Sequence record: NW_027117421.1
Length of the DNA stretch: 32,000 nt
Strand: one strand, 5' to 3'
Below are positions 1-8,024 of this stretch, piece after piece. The position numbers and the translations under genes were made by a program. Position 1 is the first letter of the stretch; each line of letters starts with the position of its first letter. The notes below the pieces were generated by a model. The model made no database searches. It saw nothing but the letters and a program-made list of their open reading frames with translations, and had not been told where the DNA came from.

Positions 1-94
1 CTCATACTCATCACTAGTGATAAAAAGATAAAGAAATAAAGGGGAGGATTAAATGCTATCTTCTTTATAATTTAGCCTCCCTTGATATCACTTC

Positions 95-120
95 CCCTCC
101 CCGCAAGCTTGCGGGGAGGG
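95..120. repeat. 26-nt perfect GC-rich palindrome CCCTCCCCGCAAGCTTGCGGGGAGGG
   Basis: Arms fully complementary around AAGCTT. A sister copy lies at 1997-2030. Confidence 0.9.
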
Positions 121-150
121 AAGATAAATGGGTTAAATTACGTGTATTTT

Positions 151-200
151 GTGTTGTGTTGTGTTGTGTTGTGTTGTGTTGTGTAGTGTAGTGTAGTGTA
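151..200. repeat. Pentanucleotide microsatellite (GTGTT)x6 followed by (GTGTA)x4
   Basis: Counted directly from the sequence. Confidence 0.95.
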
Positions 201-425
201 TTATCTTTAGATAAAGCTAAAATAGTATACTCCTAACATTAATGATCCCTATTCCTCTTTGATCTCACTATATGATAAATGGGGGGGAAGAAGGATGTGG
301 TGGCTGAGAATTAGCCTTCGCCTAAGTTTCAAAAAAAAAAAAATAAATAAAGTGTAGCTCGGGAAGAAATAGTTTTTTTTTTAGAATTCTGCCTCAAATA
401 ATTTAGATTGTTTCTGGCACAAGGA

Positions 426-497
426 GGGATATTAGTATAATGGGAATGCAGATGACTTTTAATCATTTTGATATAAGTTCGAATCTTATATATCCTA
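426..497 (+). tRNA. trnK: tRNA-Lys (anticodon UUU)
   Basis: Cloverleaf folded by hand: acceptor GGGATAT/ATATCCT, anticodon stem GATGA/TCATT, loop CTTTTAA, T arm ATAAG-TTCGAAT-CTTAT. Confidence 0.85.
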
Positions 498-506
498 TAT
501 AAATGA

Positions 507-577
507 GCGGCCATAGGTTAATGGTAGACTTATCGACTTCCAATCGAAAGATGTCGATTCGAATTCGACTGGCCGCA
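507..577 (+). tRNA. trnG: tRNA-Gly (anticodon UCC)
   Basis: Acceptor GCGGCCA/TGGCCGC, anticodon loop CTTCCAA, T arm GTCGA-TTCGAAT-TCGAC. Confidence 0.85.
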
Positions 578-820
578 TTAGTATTATTATATATTAAATA
601 TAAAGTTCTTTTATTTTATTCTGGTGCTTCTATTAGTCTTCTGATATCACAATCCCTCTTCTCCCTTCGGGATCCGGGGGGGATATTTAGGAAAGGATAA
701 GGTAAGAAGAAAAGGATTATAACTTAATAACTAGTTTATTGTGCCCTTATAGGGATAAGGGCACAAAAAACAAGTTTGCCCTAATTAGTCCCTTATCTCG
801 AAGATGTTATGAAACTGGTT

Positions 821-862
821 CCTCATATCCCGGATATCACTAGTGATATCCGGGATATGAGG
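821..862. repeat. 42-nt perfect palindrome centred on GATATCACTAGTGATATC
   Basis: All 21 pairs checked base by base. Belongs to the GATATC-centred repeat family scattered through the spacers. Confidence 0.9.
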
Positions 863-870
863 GATAAAAA

Positions 871-943
871 GAACTAGTAACTTAATAGGTAAAGGATTTT
901 TCTGTCACAAAAATAGATATCGGTTCGAATCCGATCTAGTTCG
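871..943 (+). tRNA. trnD: tRNA-Asp (anticodon GUC)
   Basis: Acceptor GAACTAG/CTAGTTC, anticodon stem TTTTT/AAAAA, loop CTGTCAC, T arm ATCGG-TTCGAAT-CCGAT. Confidence 0.85.
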
Positions 944-971
944 AAAATATATGGAATATGAATTTTATTAT

Positions 972-1147
972 GTCCGTGAATTTATTAAGTTGGGGTCTCA
1001 GTGGTGGTATAAAACCCATACATTGACCACGGCCCCAATAATAAAAATTTTAAAGAAGTAATAGTGATATACTTAAGCGCGTGAATGTATTAAGTTGGGG
1101 TCTCAGTAATGGCATAATAAAACCCATGGGCTGACCACGCGCCCCCA
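972..1147 (+). repeat. Two tandemly spaced copies (972-1037, 1077-1147) of a ~70-nt element sharing the core AAGTTGGGGTCTCAGT...AAAACCCAT...GACCACG
   Basis: Direct comparison. Outer stem CCGTG/CACGG in copy 1 versus GCGCGTG/CACGCGC in copy 2. No ORF. Confidence 0.7.
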
Positions 1148-1197
1148 AAAGAAATATTGGTTAAATTTTAATTATGGTTAGATATTGATGAAGATGT

Positions 1198-1392
1198 AAT
1201 AGCCCACTACCCAGTGCCTAGTTAACAGCTAAAGATACTCTCTCGCCATAGTTAAACATGTTGAAGAAAAAACCAAAACCCGAAAGGGATCACAGAGTTG
1301 AGGTATACATACCTAAAGGAATTGGTCCTGAGGCACCTTCGTGTCTAAATTCTGTAAGAGCTATAAGCGTTCGAATCGTGAGGGCTCACCAG
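1198..1392 (+). repeat. Copy 1 of a duplicated structured-RNA-like element (conserved core 1286-1392)
   Basis: Near-identical to 1613-1721. Differences are compensatory within hairpins. No ORF in the track. Confidence 0.7.
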
Positions 1393-1550
1393 ATAATGAT
1401 GATTTAGATAGAAAATGATAATATAGATAACCTTTTGGTATTAAATAAAATGATTACATAGATTGCCTTTGGCATAAAGAATTAAAAAGTTCACCTCAGC
1501 GCTCATTAAATTAGAAAATTAGCTCAAGCTGCTCAAGCCAGTTGGTCAGC

Positions 1551-1721
1551 AATAGCCATACTAACTCTCTCTTTGCGATTAAACATGTCTAATAAACATA
1601 AACCCATTACATGGGATCACAGAATTGAGGTCTGGAGACCTAAAGGAAAATGGTTCCTGAGGCACCTTCGTGTCTAAATTCTGTAAGGGCTAGAAGCGTT
1701 CGAATCGTGAGGGCTCACCAG
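1551..1721 (+). repeat. Copy 2 of the duplicated structured-RNA-like element (core 1613-1721), ending at the first base of trnS(GCU)
   Basis: Closing helix ACAGAATT (1619-1626) / AATTCTGT (1677-1684) encloses three hairpins. The 3' end ...GGGCTCACCA abuts the tRNA. Confidence 0.7.
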
Positions 1722-1802
1722 GAAAAGTTTCCATAGGTAAGGTAAGGTATTTGCTAAATATTGTGTTAATTACACCTGGGTGTTCGAATCACCTCTTTTC
1801 CG
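1721..1802 (+). tRNA. trnS: tRNA-Ser (anticodon GCU), long variable arm
   Basis: Acceptor GGAAAAG/CTTTTCC, anticodon stem GGTAT/ATATT (two G.U pairs), loop TTGCTAA, variable-arm hairpin GTGT/ACAC, T arm GGGTG-TTCGAAT-CACCT. The D arm is weak. Confidence 0.7.
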
Positions 1803-1917
1803 TAACTTAAATATACTTTCCTACTTACCTTGGATTATGAATTATATCCAAGATATTGCCTTTATAACCTACCTATTTAGTAAATAAAGGGATAAAGGGC
1901 TCAAAAAGTGAGGAATA

Positions 1918-1988
1918 AAGAGTATAGTTTAATGGTAAAATAGGGAGCTTCAACCTCCAAATTCTCAGTTCAAGTCTGAGTACTCTTG
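1918..1988 (+). tRNA. trnW: tRNA-Trp (anticodon UCA), reads UGA and UGG
   Basis: Acceptor AAGAGTA/TACTCTT, anticodon stem GGGAG/CTCCA, loop CTTCAAC, T arm CTCAG-TTCAAGT-CTGAG. Confidence 0.9.
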
Positions 1989-1996
1989 TAATATTA

Positions 1997-2030
1997 TTTC
2001 CCCTCCCCGCAAATTTGCGGGGAGGGGAAA
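1997..2030. repeat. 34-nt perfect palindrome TTTCCCCTCCCCGCAAATTTGCGGGGAGGGGAAA
   Basis: Read directly. Same family as 95-120. Sits between trnW and trnP. Confidence 0.9.
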
Positions 2031-2035
2031 TAAAA

Positions 2036-2108
2036 CGGATTAGGGCCGGGTTGGTAAGGCGTCTCATTTGGGTTGAGAAGTAGTTATGTTCGAATCATAA
2101 TAATCCGA
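2036..2108 (+). tRNA. trnP: tRNA-Pro (anticodon UGG)
   Basis: Acceptor CGGATTA/TAATCCG, anticodon stem TCTCA/TGAGA, loop TTTGGGT, T arm TTATG-TTCGAAT-CATAA. Confidence 0.9.
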
Positions 2109-2407
2109 AATAAAACCTTTTTTATTTTTTTACTACTACTCTCCCCTGCTACCTTGTTTCTTATCCCTTTATCCCTCATGTCTCGGATATCATTAGTGAT
2201 AAAGGGATAAAGGGATACCGAAAAAAACTAGTGCATTCTCTGGGATCAAGTGCGTAAAAGGTTTAATTTTTTTTTTATTGCAAAATGGTCCGTTTATCAT
2301 TTGTTTCCATTGCCTTTATCATGTAGTGATAAAGGCGAAGAGGAATAGATAAAGGCACTAAATAAGCCCTTTGGTATTAATCTTAACAGAGGGGCTAAAT
2401 TAATTTA

Positions 2408-2494
2408 AGAGAATTGATCGAGTGGTTTAAGATGGTAAGCTTGAGTCTTATTTGGTCAGAAATGATCACATCCGTTCGAATCGGATATTCTCTG
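2408..2494 (+). tRNA. trnS: tRNA-Ser (anticodon UGA), long variable arm
   Basis: Acceptor AGAGAAT/ATTCTCT, anticodon stem GTAAG/CTTAT, loop CTTGAGT, T arm ATCCG-TTCGAAT-CGGAT. Confidence 0.85.
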
Positions 2495-2772
2495 TATTCT
2501 ATTTACATAATACTTATATCTTATTTAATTCTAAAATAATGTTTTTTATATATCTACGGTTTAATTCTAATTAAACTAATCTTATTTAATCTTTTAGGTT
2601 GCTTATTCCCTGATATCATGTAGTTTTACCTTCAGCATCAAAGGCAAAGGAAGACTGCCTATAGAGTAATCTATGCTTTTTTAAGAGTATAGAACTTCTT
2701 TTGCCTTAATACCTTTCATATCCTTGATATCACTACATGATAAAAAGATAGAGGGATAAAGGGTACGAAAAG

Positions 2773-2824
2773 AATGGAAAAATAGGGAGCTTCAACCTCC
2801 AAATTCTCAGTTCAAATCTGAGTA
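2773..2824 (+). pseudogene. Truncated copy of trnW (D loop through T arm only, no acceptor stem)
   Basis: AATGGAAAAATAGGGAGCTTCAACCTCCAAATTCTCAGTTCAAATCTGAGTA matches 1931-1982 with two substitutions. The upstream flank GGGATAAAGGG is also shared. Confidence 0.8.
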
Positions 2825-2874
2825 AATTAGTTTAATTTCCTTTACGAAGGTGAATTTTTAATATTAATCCAAAA

Positions 2875-2994
2875 ATGAATAATTTATTTCTTACATATGA
2901 GACTTATACAAATGGTTATAGAACAGACATTCTAGATATTATCTCTCTTTTGGCAATTTTGTGCGGTATATTAGTTATTATTAGCAAAAATCCT
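2875..2994 (+). CDS. nad6: NADH dehydrogenase subunit 6, exon 1 (40 codons, MNNLFLTYET...VIISKNP)
   Basis: ATG start. Translation matches the conserved NAD6 N-terminus up to SKNP. The exon ends in T, as expected before a group I intron. Confidence 0.85.
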
Positions 2995-4535
2995 ATAAAA
3001 ACATGTTCTTTGGGATAAACTGCCAAACTCCGGGGAAGCCTTAAAGCTTTTGATACTAAGCTGTAGTCGAAAGGCTATGAGTGGATGGATTAATCACCCA
3101 TGTATAGTAATAAGTCAAAAGATGATCTTTTCTATAATACTAGTAAAGGATAAATAGGTAATCGCGGATCTAAATCAGTATTATTGAAGAATAGTGCTGT
3201 AAAAGAGCAACGAGTAGACGGTAGTTGGTGTATTAATAATTTAATGCATTTAAGGTGTACTCTGCAGATAAAAAAATGCATTAAAATGTGCGAATATAAG
3301 AACTGTAAGTAAGCTTTACAGACTTAGTTACAAACTAAACTTAATATCTGTACCCTCTGATCAAACGAAAATTATACTTTGTGCATCTCTCCCCTGCTAC
3401 GCCGGATTAAATAGAAAAAAGGGGTTTTCTATCAAATCTTTGAAGGATCTCTTTATAAGATCACAACACACAAAATCTTTAAGTAACCTAGATACACCTT
3501 TAAAGTTAAACCCCTTATTTATAACGGGGTTTACTGATGGGGAAGGTTCATTCTCAATAAGTATTAGAGATTTAGATAAGGATACTAAAAAAGGAAGAGT
3601 ACTCTATGTATTTTCAATAGGATTACATAAGAAAGACGAAGGTATATTGAAAAGTATTCAATACACCCTGGGAATAGGTAAAATCTATGGCAAAGGAAAA
3701 GAAGGAGTACAATTCCGTGTGGAATCTAAAAAAGAGTTATTAATTTTAATAGAACATTTTGATAAGTATCCGTTAATAACTAAGAAAGGTAAAGACTTTA
3801 TGTGTTTTAAAAAAGCTATTTTTTTAATAAAAAACAAAGAACATTTAACAGAGGAAGGTTTATTAAAGTTAGTATCTCTAAAAGCTTTAATGGGTAAAGG
3901 TCTTACTAATGAATTAAAACCAGCCTTTCCTTATCTTGTTTCAGAAAATGAATTAGGAATATCCGATTTAACTTTATCTCAAGATTTAATAATAGATCCC
4001 AATTGATTAGCTGGGTTTATATCAGCGGAAGGTTGTTTTATCATCAGTATTTTTAAATCTACATCTGTAAAAACAGGATTCCAAGTACAGTTAAGATTTG
4101 TACTAAGTCAACACATAAGAGACAAAGAATTATTTGAATATTTTGTAAAATATTTAGGGTTTGGTCGTATAGCTGTAAATAGAGAAGCAGTAGAATTTAT
4201 AGTTAATAAATTCTCGGATTTAAAAGATAAATTATTACCTATATTACATTTACAACATCCCATAGTAGGTTATAAATATTTAGATTACTTATATTTTATG
4301 GAGGCTGTAGAAATGATGGAAAAAAAATCCCATTTAACAGATGAGGGATTAAATAAATTCCGTGAAATACAAAGATTAATGAATAGTGGAAGGGAAAACA
4401 CACCTTCAGAAGATACCGATTCAGGTATATTAGATTAAACTATGTGTATTTTTGTATAAGTGAAGGGAATACAAGAGGGATGCTTTGCAGTCAGTAAAAG
4501 TGAAATGAAAGTTTGAATAGGTTTTTTTTATTGTG
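2995..4535 (+). mobile_element. Group I intron in nad6 carrying a LAGLIDADG ORF
   Basis: Interrupts SKNP|IVSVLF. Follows a T and ends in G. Contains a double-motif LAGLIDADG ORF. Confidence 0.75.
3440..4438 (+). CDS. Double-motif LAGLIDADG homing endonuclease (intronic)
   Basis: Track ORF 3440-4006 continues through TGA(Trp) to TAA at 4436-4438. Motifs are FITGFTDGEGSF and LAGFISAEGCF. The frame is open from 3272 with no in-frame ATG, so the start is uncertain. Confidence 0.8.
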
Positions 4536-4634
4536 ATCGTATCAGTTTTATTTTTAATAGGTTTATTTGCAAGTATATCTTGTTATTTAATAATGTTAGG
4601 TTTAAGCTTTATAGGTTTATCTTATTTAATAGTA
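4536..4634 (+). CDS. nad6: nad6 exon 2 (33 codons, IVSVLFLIGLF...GLSYLIV)
   Basis: Frame and conserved NAD6 sequence. Bounded by the intron-terminal G and by GTGCG of the next intron. Confidence 0.85.
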
Positions 4635-5447
4635 GTGCGCCGTGCAGTGGCTTAGTTCATGGGATCGCCGGATCCTAAATATTGATGTCAAATATTTCCA
4701 GCAACAACGTCAACCCCGAGAGAAAGTTTCTGGGCCAACATAGCATCGTTGTAAAGCCTAGACAAGTCGACGCCAGTGTAGACTAATTGCTGGGCAAGCT
4801 GAGATATCTATGGTTAAGGCTATACTGCCTCAAGAATACCCGCAAGGTCCCTTAAAAATAGGGGGAGTACACGACTGGTTACAGGTACTCGTAAGATTAA
4901 AGGAGGTTGATACTATGTCTCTTTTAGATATCATCTTACACCAGGTTAAATATAATAACGCTCAAAGTGAGGGAAAGTTCAACCTAAGGATATCCATAAG
5001 GACTACAGTACATATCACGGGACGACCTAAGGAAGGAAACGACTAAGGTTGCAGAGGAATCGTAGTACCCGACCATATTGGATACAGTCACGGTAATTCG
5101 TGAGCAAGGGGAAGGGTTCCAGTCAATTAAGTTCAAAGGAACTGATATACGACGGTGTCGTTTGGATTACACGTTTTTAAATATAAATTGATCATTCCTT
5201 TAGTCGCAGTGAAGGAAAAAGACTTTGGTCAAATAGTGAGGATCTAGACGTTGGCGGCGGAGTTGAAACTAGGTCCAATATAACGTAAGTGACGTCGAGT
5301 TCAATATATATTTCTAAATTGCGGTAATAGCCAATGTCAGGTGGATAATAACATTTCGATTGATGGAGAGCCGTATGATGGGAAACTATCACGTACGGTT
5401 CGGGAAACGGGGACGGTCTGGTAAAAGGACCGGATGCTCGAGTTCAT
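4635..5447 (+). mobile_element. ORF-less group II intron in nad6 (813 nt)
   Basis: 5' GTGCGCC. Canonical 34-nt domain V GAGCCGTATGATGGGAAACTATCACGTACGGTTC at 5368-5401. 3' end AGTTCAT. Splits LIV|YIGAV. Confidence 0.85.
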
Positions 5448-5885
5448 TATATAGGAGCGGTATCTATATTATTTTTATTTATTTTAATGTTAATTAATAT
5501 TAGAATAAGTGAATTACAAAGTAATACTAGTAATAGTATACCTTTAGCTATTGCTATAGCAATATCTTTTAATTACCCATTATTCCAACTATTACCTTAT
5601 AATATTGCTATGTTAAATAACTATTATAACTTAAATAATATTTTATATAATATTTCAACTCCAGCTTTAAATCAAGATAACCAAGCTTACTTAAATACTT
5701 ATAATAATGACATATTTTTTGTAACTAGTCAAATGTGAGATGGTAATTTAATAGAAAATAGTCATATAACTAGTATAGGTAATGTGATGTACACAAACTA
5801 TAATATGTGACTTATTATAGCTAGTTTTATATTATTATTAGCAATGGTAGGTGCTATAGTAATAACAATAAAACAAAAAAATTAA
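5448..5885 (+). CDS. nad6: nad6 exon 3 (145 codons plus TAA)
   Basis: YIGAVSILFLFILMLINIRISEL... Two internal TGA=Trp codons. TAA at 5883-5885. Confidence 0.85.
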
Positions 5886-5934
5886 GGTTTACCTTACTTC
5901 CCCCCATATTTTAATCATCTTACGGTCTATTTTA

Positions 5935-5984
5935 GCCCTGCGCACCCCTTGAGTAGCTATGCAACCAAGGGGTGCGCGCAGGGC
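5935..5984. repeat. Long GC-rich inverted repeat about 50 nt downstream of the nad6 stop (candidate 3' end hairpin)
   Basis: GCCCTGCGCACCCCTT (5935-5950) pairs with AAGGGGTGCGCGCAGGGC (5967-5984), with a 2-nt bulge. Confidence 0.6.
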
Positions 5985-6046
5985 GGCTTTATAAATCTTC
6001 GATTTATGTCAGCCGTATATAAATAAAAATATGGGGGGGGGGACCA

Positions 6047-6118
6047 AAGAAATTAGCTCAATGGTAGAGCAACCGTTTTACACACGGAAGGTTGGGTGTT
6101 CGAATCACCTATTTCTTA
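6047..6118 (+). tRNA. trnV: tRNA-Val (anticodon UAC)
   Basis: Acceptor AAGAAAT/ATTTCTT, D arm GCTC/GAGC, anticodon stem ACCGT/ACGGA, loop TTTACAC, T arm GGGTG-TTCGAAT-CACCT. Confidence 0.9.
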
Positions 6119-6238
6119 AAAGAAGGCACTAGTCCCTTATCTCGAATAAATAATGATACTGGTTCCCTTTATCCTGTAGGGATAAAGGGAACTATATTAA
6201 AAAAATCTTATTTTTTACAAATTGAGTTTTGTAAAAAA

Positions 6239-6281
6239 CTAGCGGAGCTGGCCTTCAGGGCGGCTCCGCTAGCCTGAAGGC
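6239..6281. repeat. Two interleaved perfect inverted repeats (A-B-A'-B')
   Basis: A CTAGCGGAGC 6239-6248, B GCCTTCAGG 6251-6259, A' GCTCCGCTAG 6263-6272, B' CCTGAAGGC 6273-6281. Confidence 0.85.
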
Positions 6282-6577
6282 TAATTAAAAAAATTAAATT
6301 TCCTTTTTTTCGGTGTCCATTATCTCTTCGAGATAATGGGATAACAACAAGTTTGAAAAAACTAGCGGAATTAGCGGGGACTTGTCCGCGCCTCTTCCCT
6401 GCGTAGCAGGGGGGGAACTGAGGGCAAGGCTCGATTAAACCAAAATCTTTTTTTTTCTTTTTTGTCCCTATACCCCTCCGAGGGATCAAGGGGGGAAGAG
6501 GTGCCAACTTTAAAAAATATTATTACTACAATTATATATTTAGGTATGTTTTTAATTTATTAAGATGTAGATAGGCA

Positions 6578-6796
6578 ATGACTCAATTAGTTAGAAGTAA
6601 TTTTCAAAATCATCCCTTTCATTTAGTATCACCTTCACCTTGACCATTTTACACTAGTATAAGTTTATTTAGCTTAGCTGCAAGTGGAGCATTATCTATG
6701 CATAGTTTTAGTAATGCATACAATGTGTTTTTCCTAGCCTTATTAATGGTAGTTTCTTCAATGTCTTTCTGATTCAGAGATATTATTTCTGAGGGT
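6578..6796 (+). CDS. cox3: Cytochrome c oxidase subunit 3, exon 1 (73 codons, MTQLVRSNFQNHPFHLVSPSPWPF...WFRDIISEG)
   Basis: ATG start. Strongly conserved COX3 N-terminus. Two TGA=Trp codons. Confidence 0.9.
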
Positions 6797-7747
6797 AAAG
6801 TCAAAACAATAGAATTATTGAATTTTTTTCACAATGCGTACTTAAAAATAGCTAAAGTTGTTTCTATAGAAGATGTTCAAGAAGCTTTAAAAAAATACAA
6901 CTCTTCTTTTTTATTAAATAAGAATGAGGTATATAAAAATAAAAATAATTTAGGTTATTATTTAGCTGGTCTTTTAGAGGGAGATGGTAGCATATCTATA
7001 CCTGCTTTAGGTAACACTACTTTAAACAGAATTCTTAACCCTAGAATAGTTTTTACTACTCATGTAGACAATTTAGGTATGTATGCTTATATTCAATCAG
7101 AATTAGGTAATATAGGACGTTTTCAAGTTACAGGTAATATACTTCGTTATATTATTGGAGATAAAAACGGAATTCTTATTTTTATCGATTTAATACATGG
7201 TAAACTTCGTACACCTAAAAATAAAAGATTTAATGCTTTAATCCAAAATTTTAATTTAAAATATTCTTTAGACATATCTGAAAGCAAATTAGATTTATCA
7301 TCTTTTGGAGATAATAGTTGATTAGCTGGTTTTAGTGAAGCAGATGGGCATTTTGGTATTAAATATTTAGATAGTAAACCTAAATCTGATAATATGAAAA
7401 GATCACGAAGTGAAAATATAAGTTTAAAATTTAGATTGGATCAACGTGCCTACGATAAACCAACATCTTCTTCTATGTTACCTTTTATGGAAAAACTCGG
7501 GTCTTTTCTAAATTGTAATGTAAAAATGTATAATAGTAATAAAACATGTACAGAAACTTTATCTTTATCAGTTTCATCTATAGATAATCTCAAAATTCTT
7601 ATTGAATATTTTGAGATACATCCTTTAATAGGGGAGAAATACGATAAATATTCTAAATGAAGACTAGTTTATTATATGATAATATCTAAAGAACATTTAA
7701 CAAATGAAGGAAGATTAAAAATTAAATCTTTAATAGGTAAGTCTTAA
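6797..7747 (+). CDS. Double-motif LAGLIDADG endonuclease, in frame with cox3 exon 1
   Basis: Track ORFs 6818-7321 and 7394-7660 join through TGA codons. Motifs are LAGLLEGDGS and LAGFSEADGH. TAA at 7745-7747. Confidence 0.8.
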
Positions 7748-8024
7748 TTAGACACGCAAAAAAAAATTCAATTCTATTCTATATAAAGTGCTCTCGTCAA
7801 ATTTAACTATATGCTGGAAACCCCTAAAGCCTTAAGTACTTAAATATTTTTATTTAAGTGATAATCTTAATGGATGAAACAATGGACAATCAGCAGGAAA
7901 CCAAAGGACTTATAATTATCCTTGTAGGGTCCTCAGAGACTATACGTTAAAACCCTATGCGTTATATATTTAAACCCATAGATTAAGATATAGTCCAGTT
8001 AATACAGAAATGTATTATTCATTG
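6797..8024 (+). mobile_element. Group I intron (cox3 intron 1) with an in-frame LAGLIDADG ORF
   Basis: Follows T and ends in G. The core downstream of the ORF shows TCAGAGACTATACG (R-like) and AAGATATAGTCC (S-like) elements. Confidence 0.8.

Noticed and set aside
1286-1721. Possibility that the duplicated structured element is the mitochondrial RNase P RNA (rnpB) or a tRNA with a long insertion
   Set aside because: ACAGAATT superficially resembles the CR-V start, but it pairs locally with AATTCTGT. No CR-I-like GGAAAGUC partner for a P4 helix is present in both copies. The TTCGAAT segment lacks a 5-bp T stem and no 7-bp acceptor can be drawn. I therefore left it unclassified.
329-2067. Small ORFs 329-514(-), 503-700(+) and 1873-2067(-)
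   Set aside because: Each overlaps well-folding tRNA genes (trnK, trnG, trnW, trnP) or palindromes. They are spurious.
4810-5046. 78-aa ORF inside the nad6 group II intron
   Set aside because: It has no RT, maturase or endonuclease motif and overlaps sequence that aligns with the ribozyme domains of the related cox3 intron. I treat it as chance, so the intron is called ORF-less.
6239-6281. H-type RNA pseudoknot formed by the interleaved repeats
   Set aside because: The connector between A' and B' is 0 nt and the other loops are 2-3 nt. These cannot span 9-10 bp helices. I retained it only as overlapping or nested palindromes.
6092-6507. ORFs 6092-6277(+) and 6208-6507(-)
   Set aside because: They run through trnV and the GC-palindrome spacer. 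Their composition is driven by the repeats and they are not coding-like.
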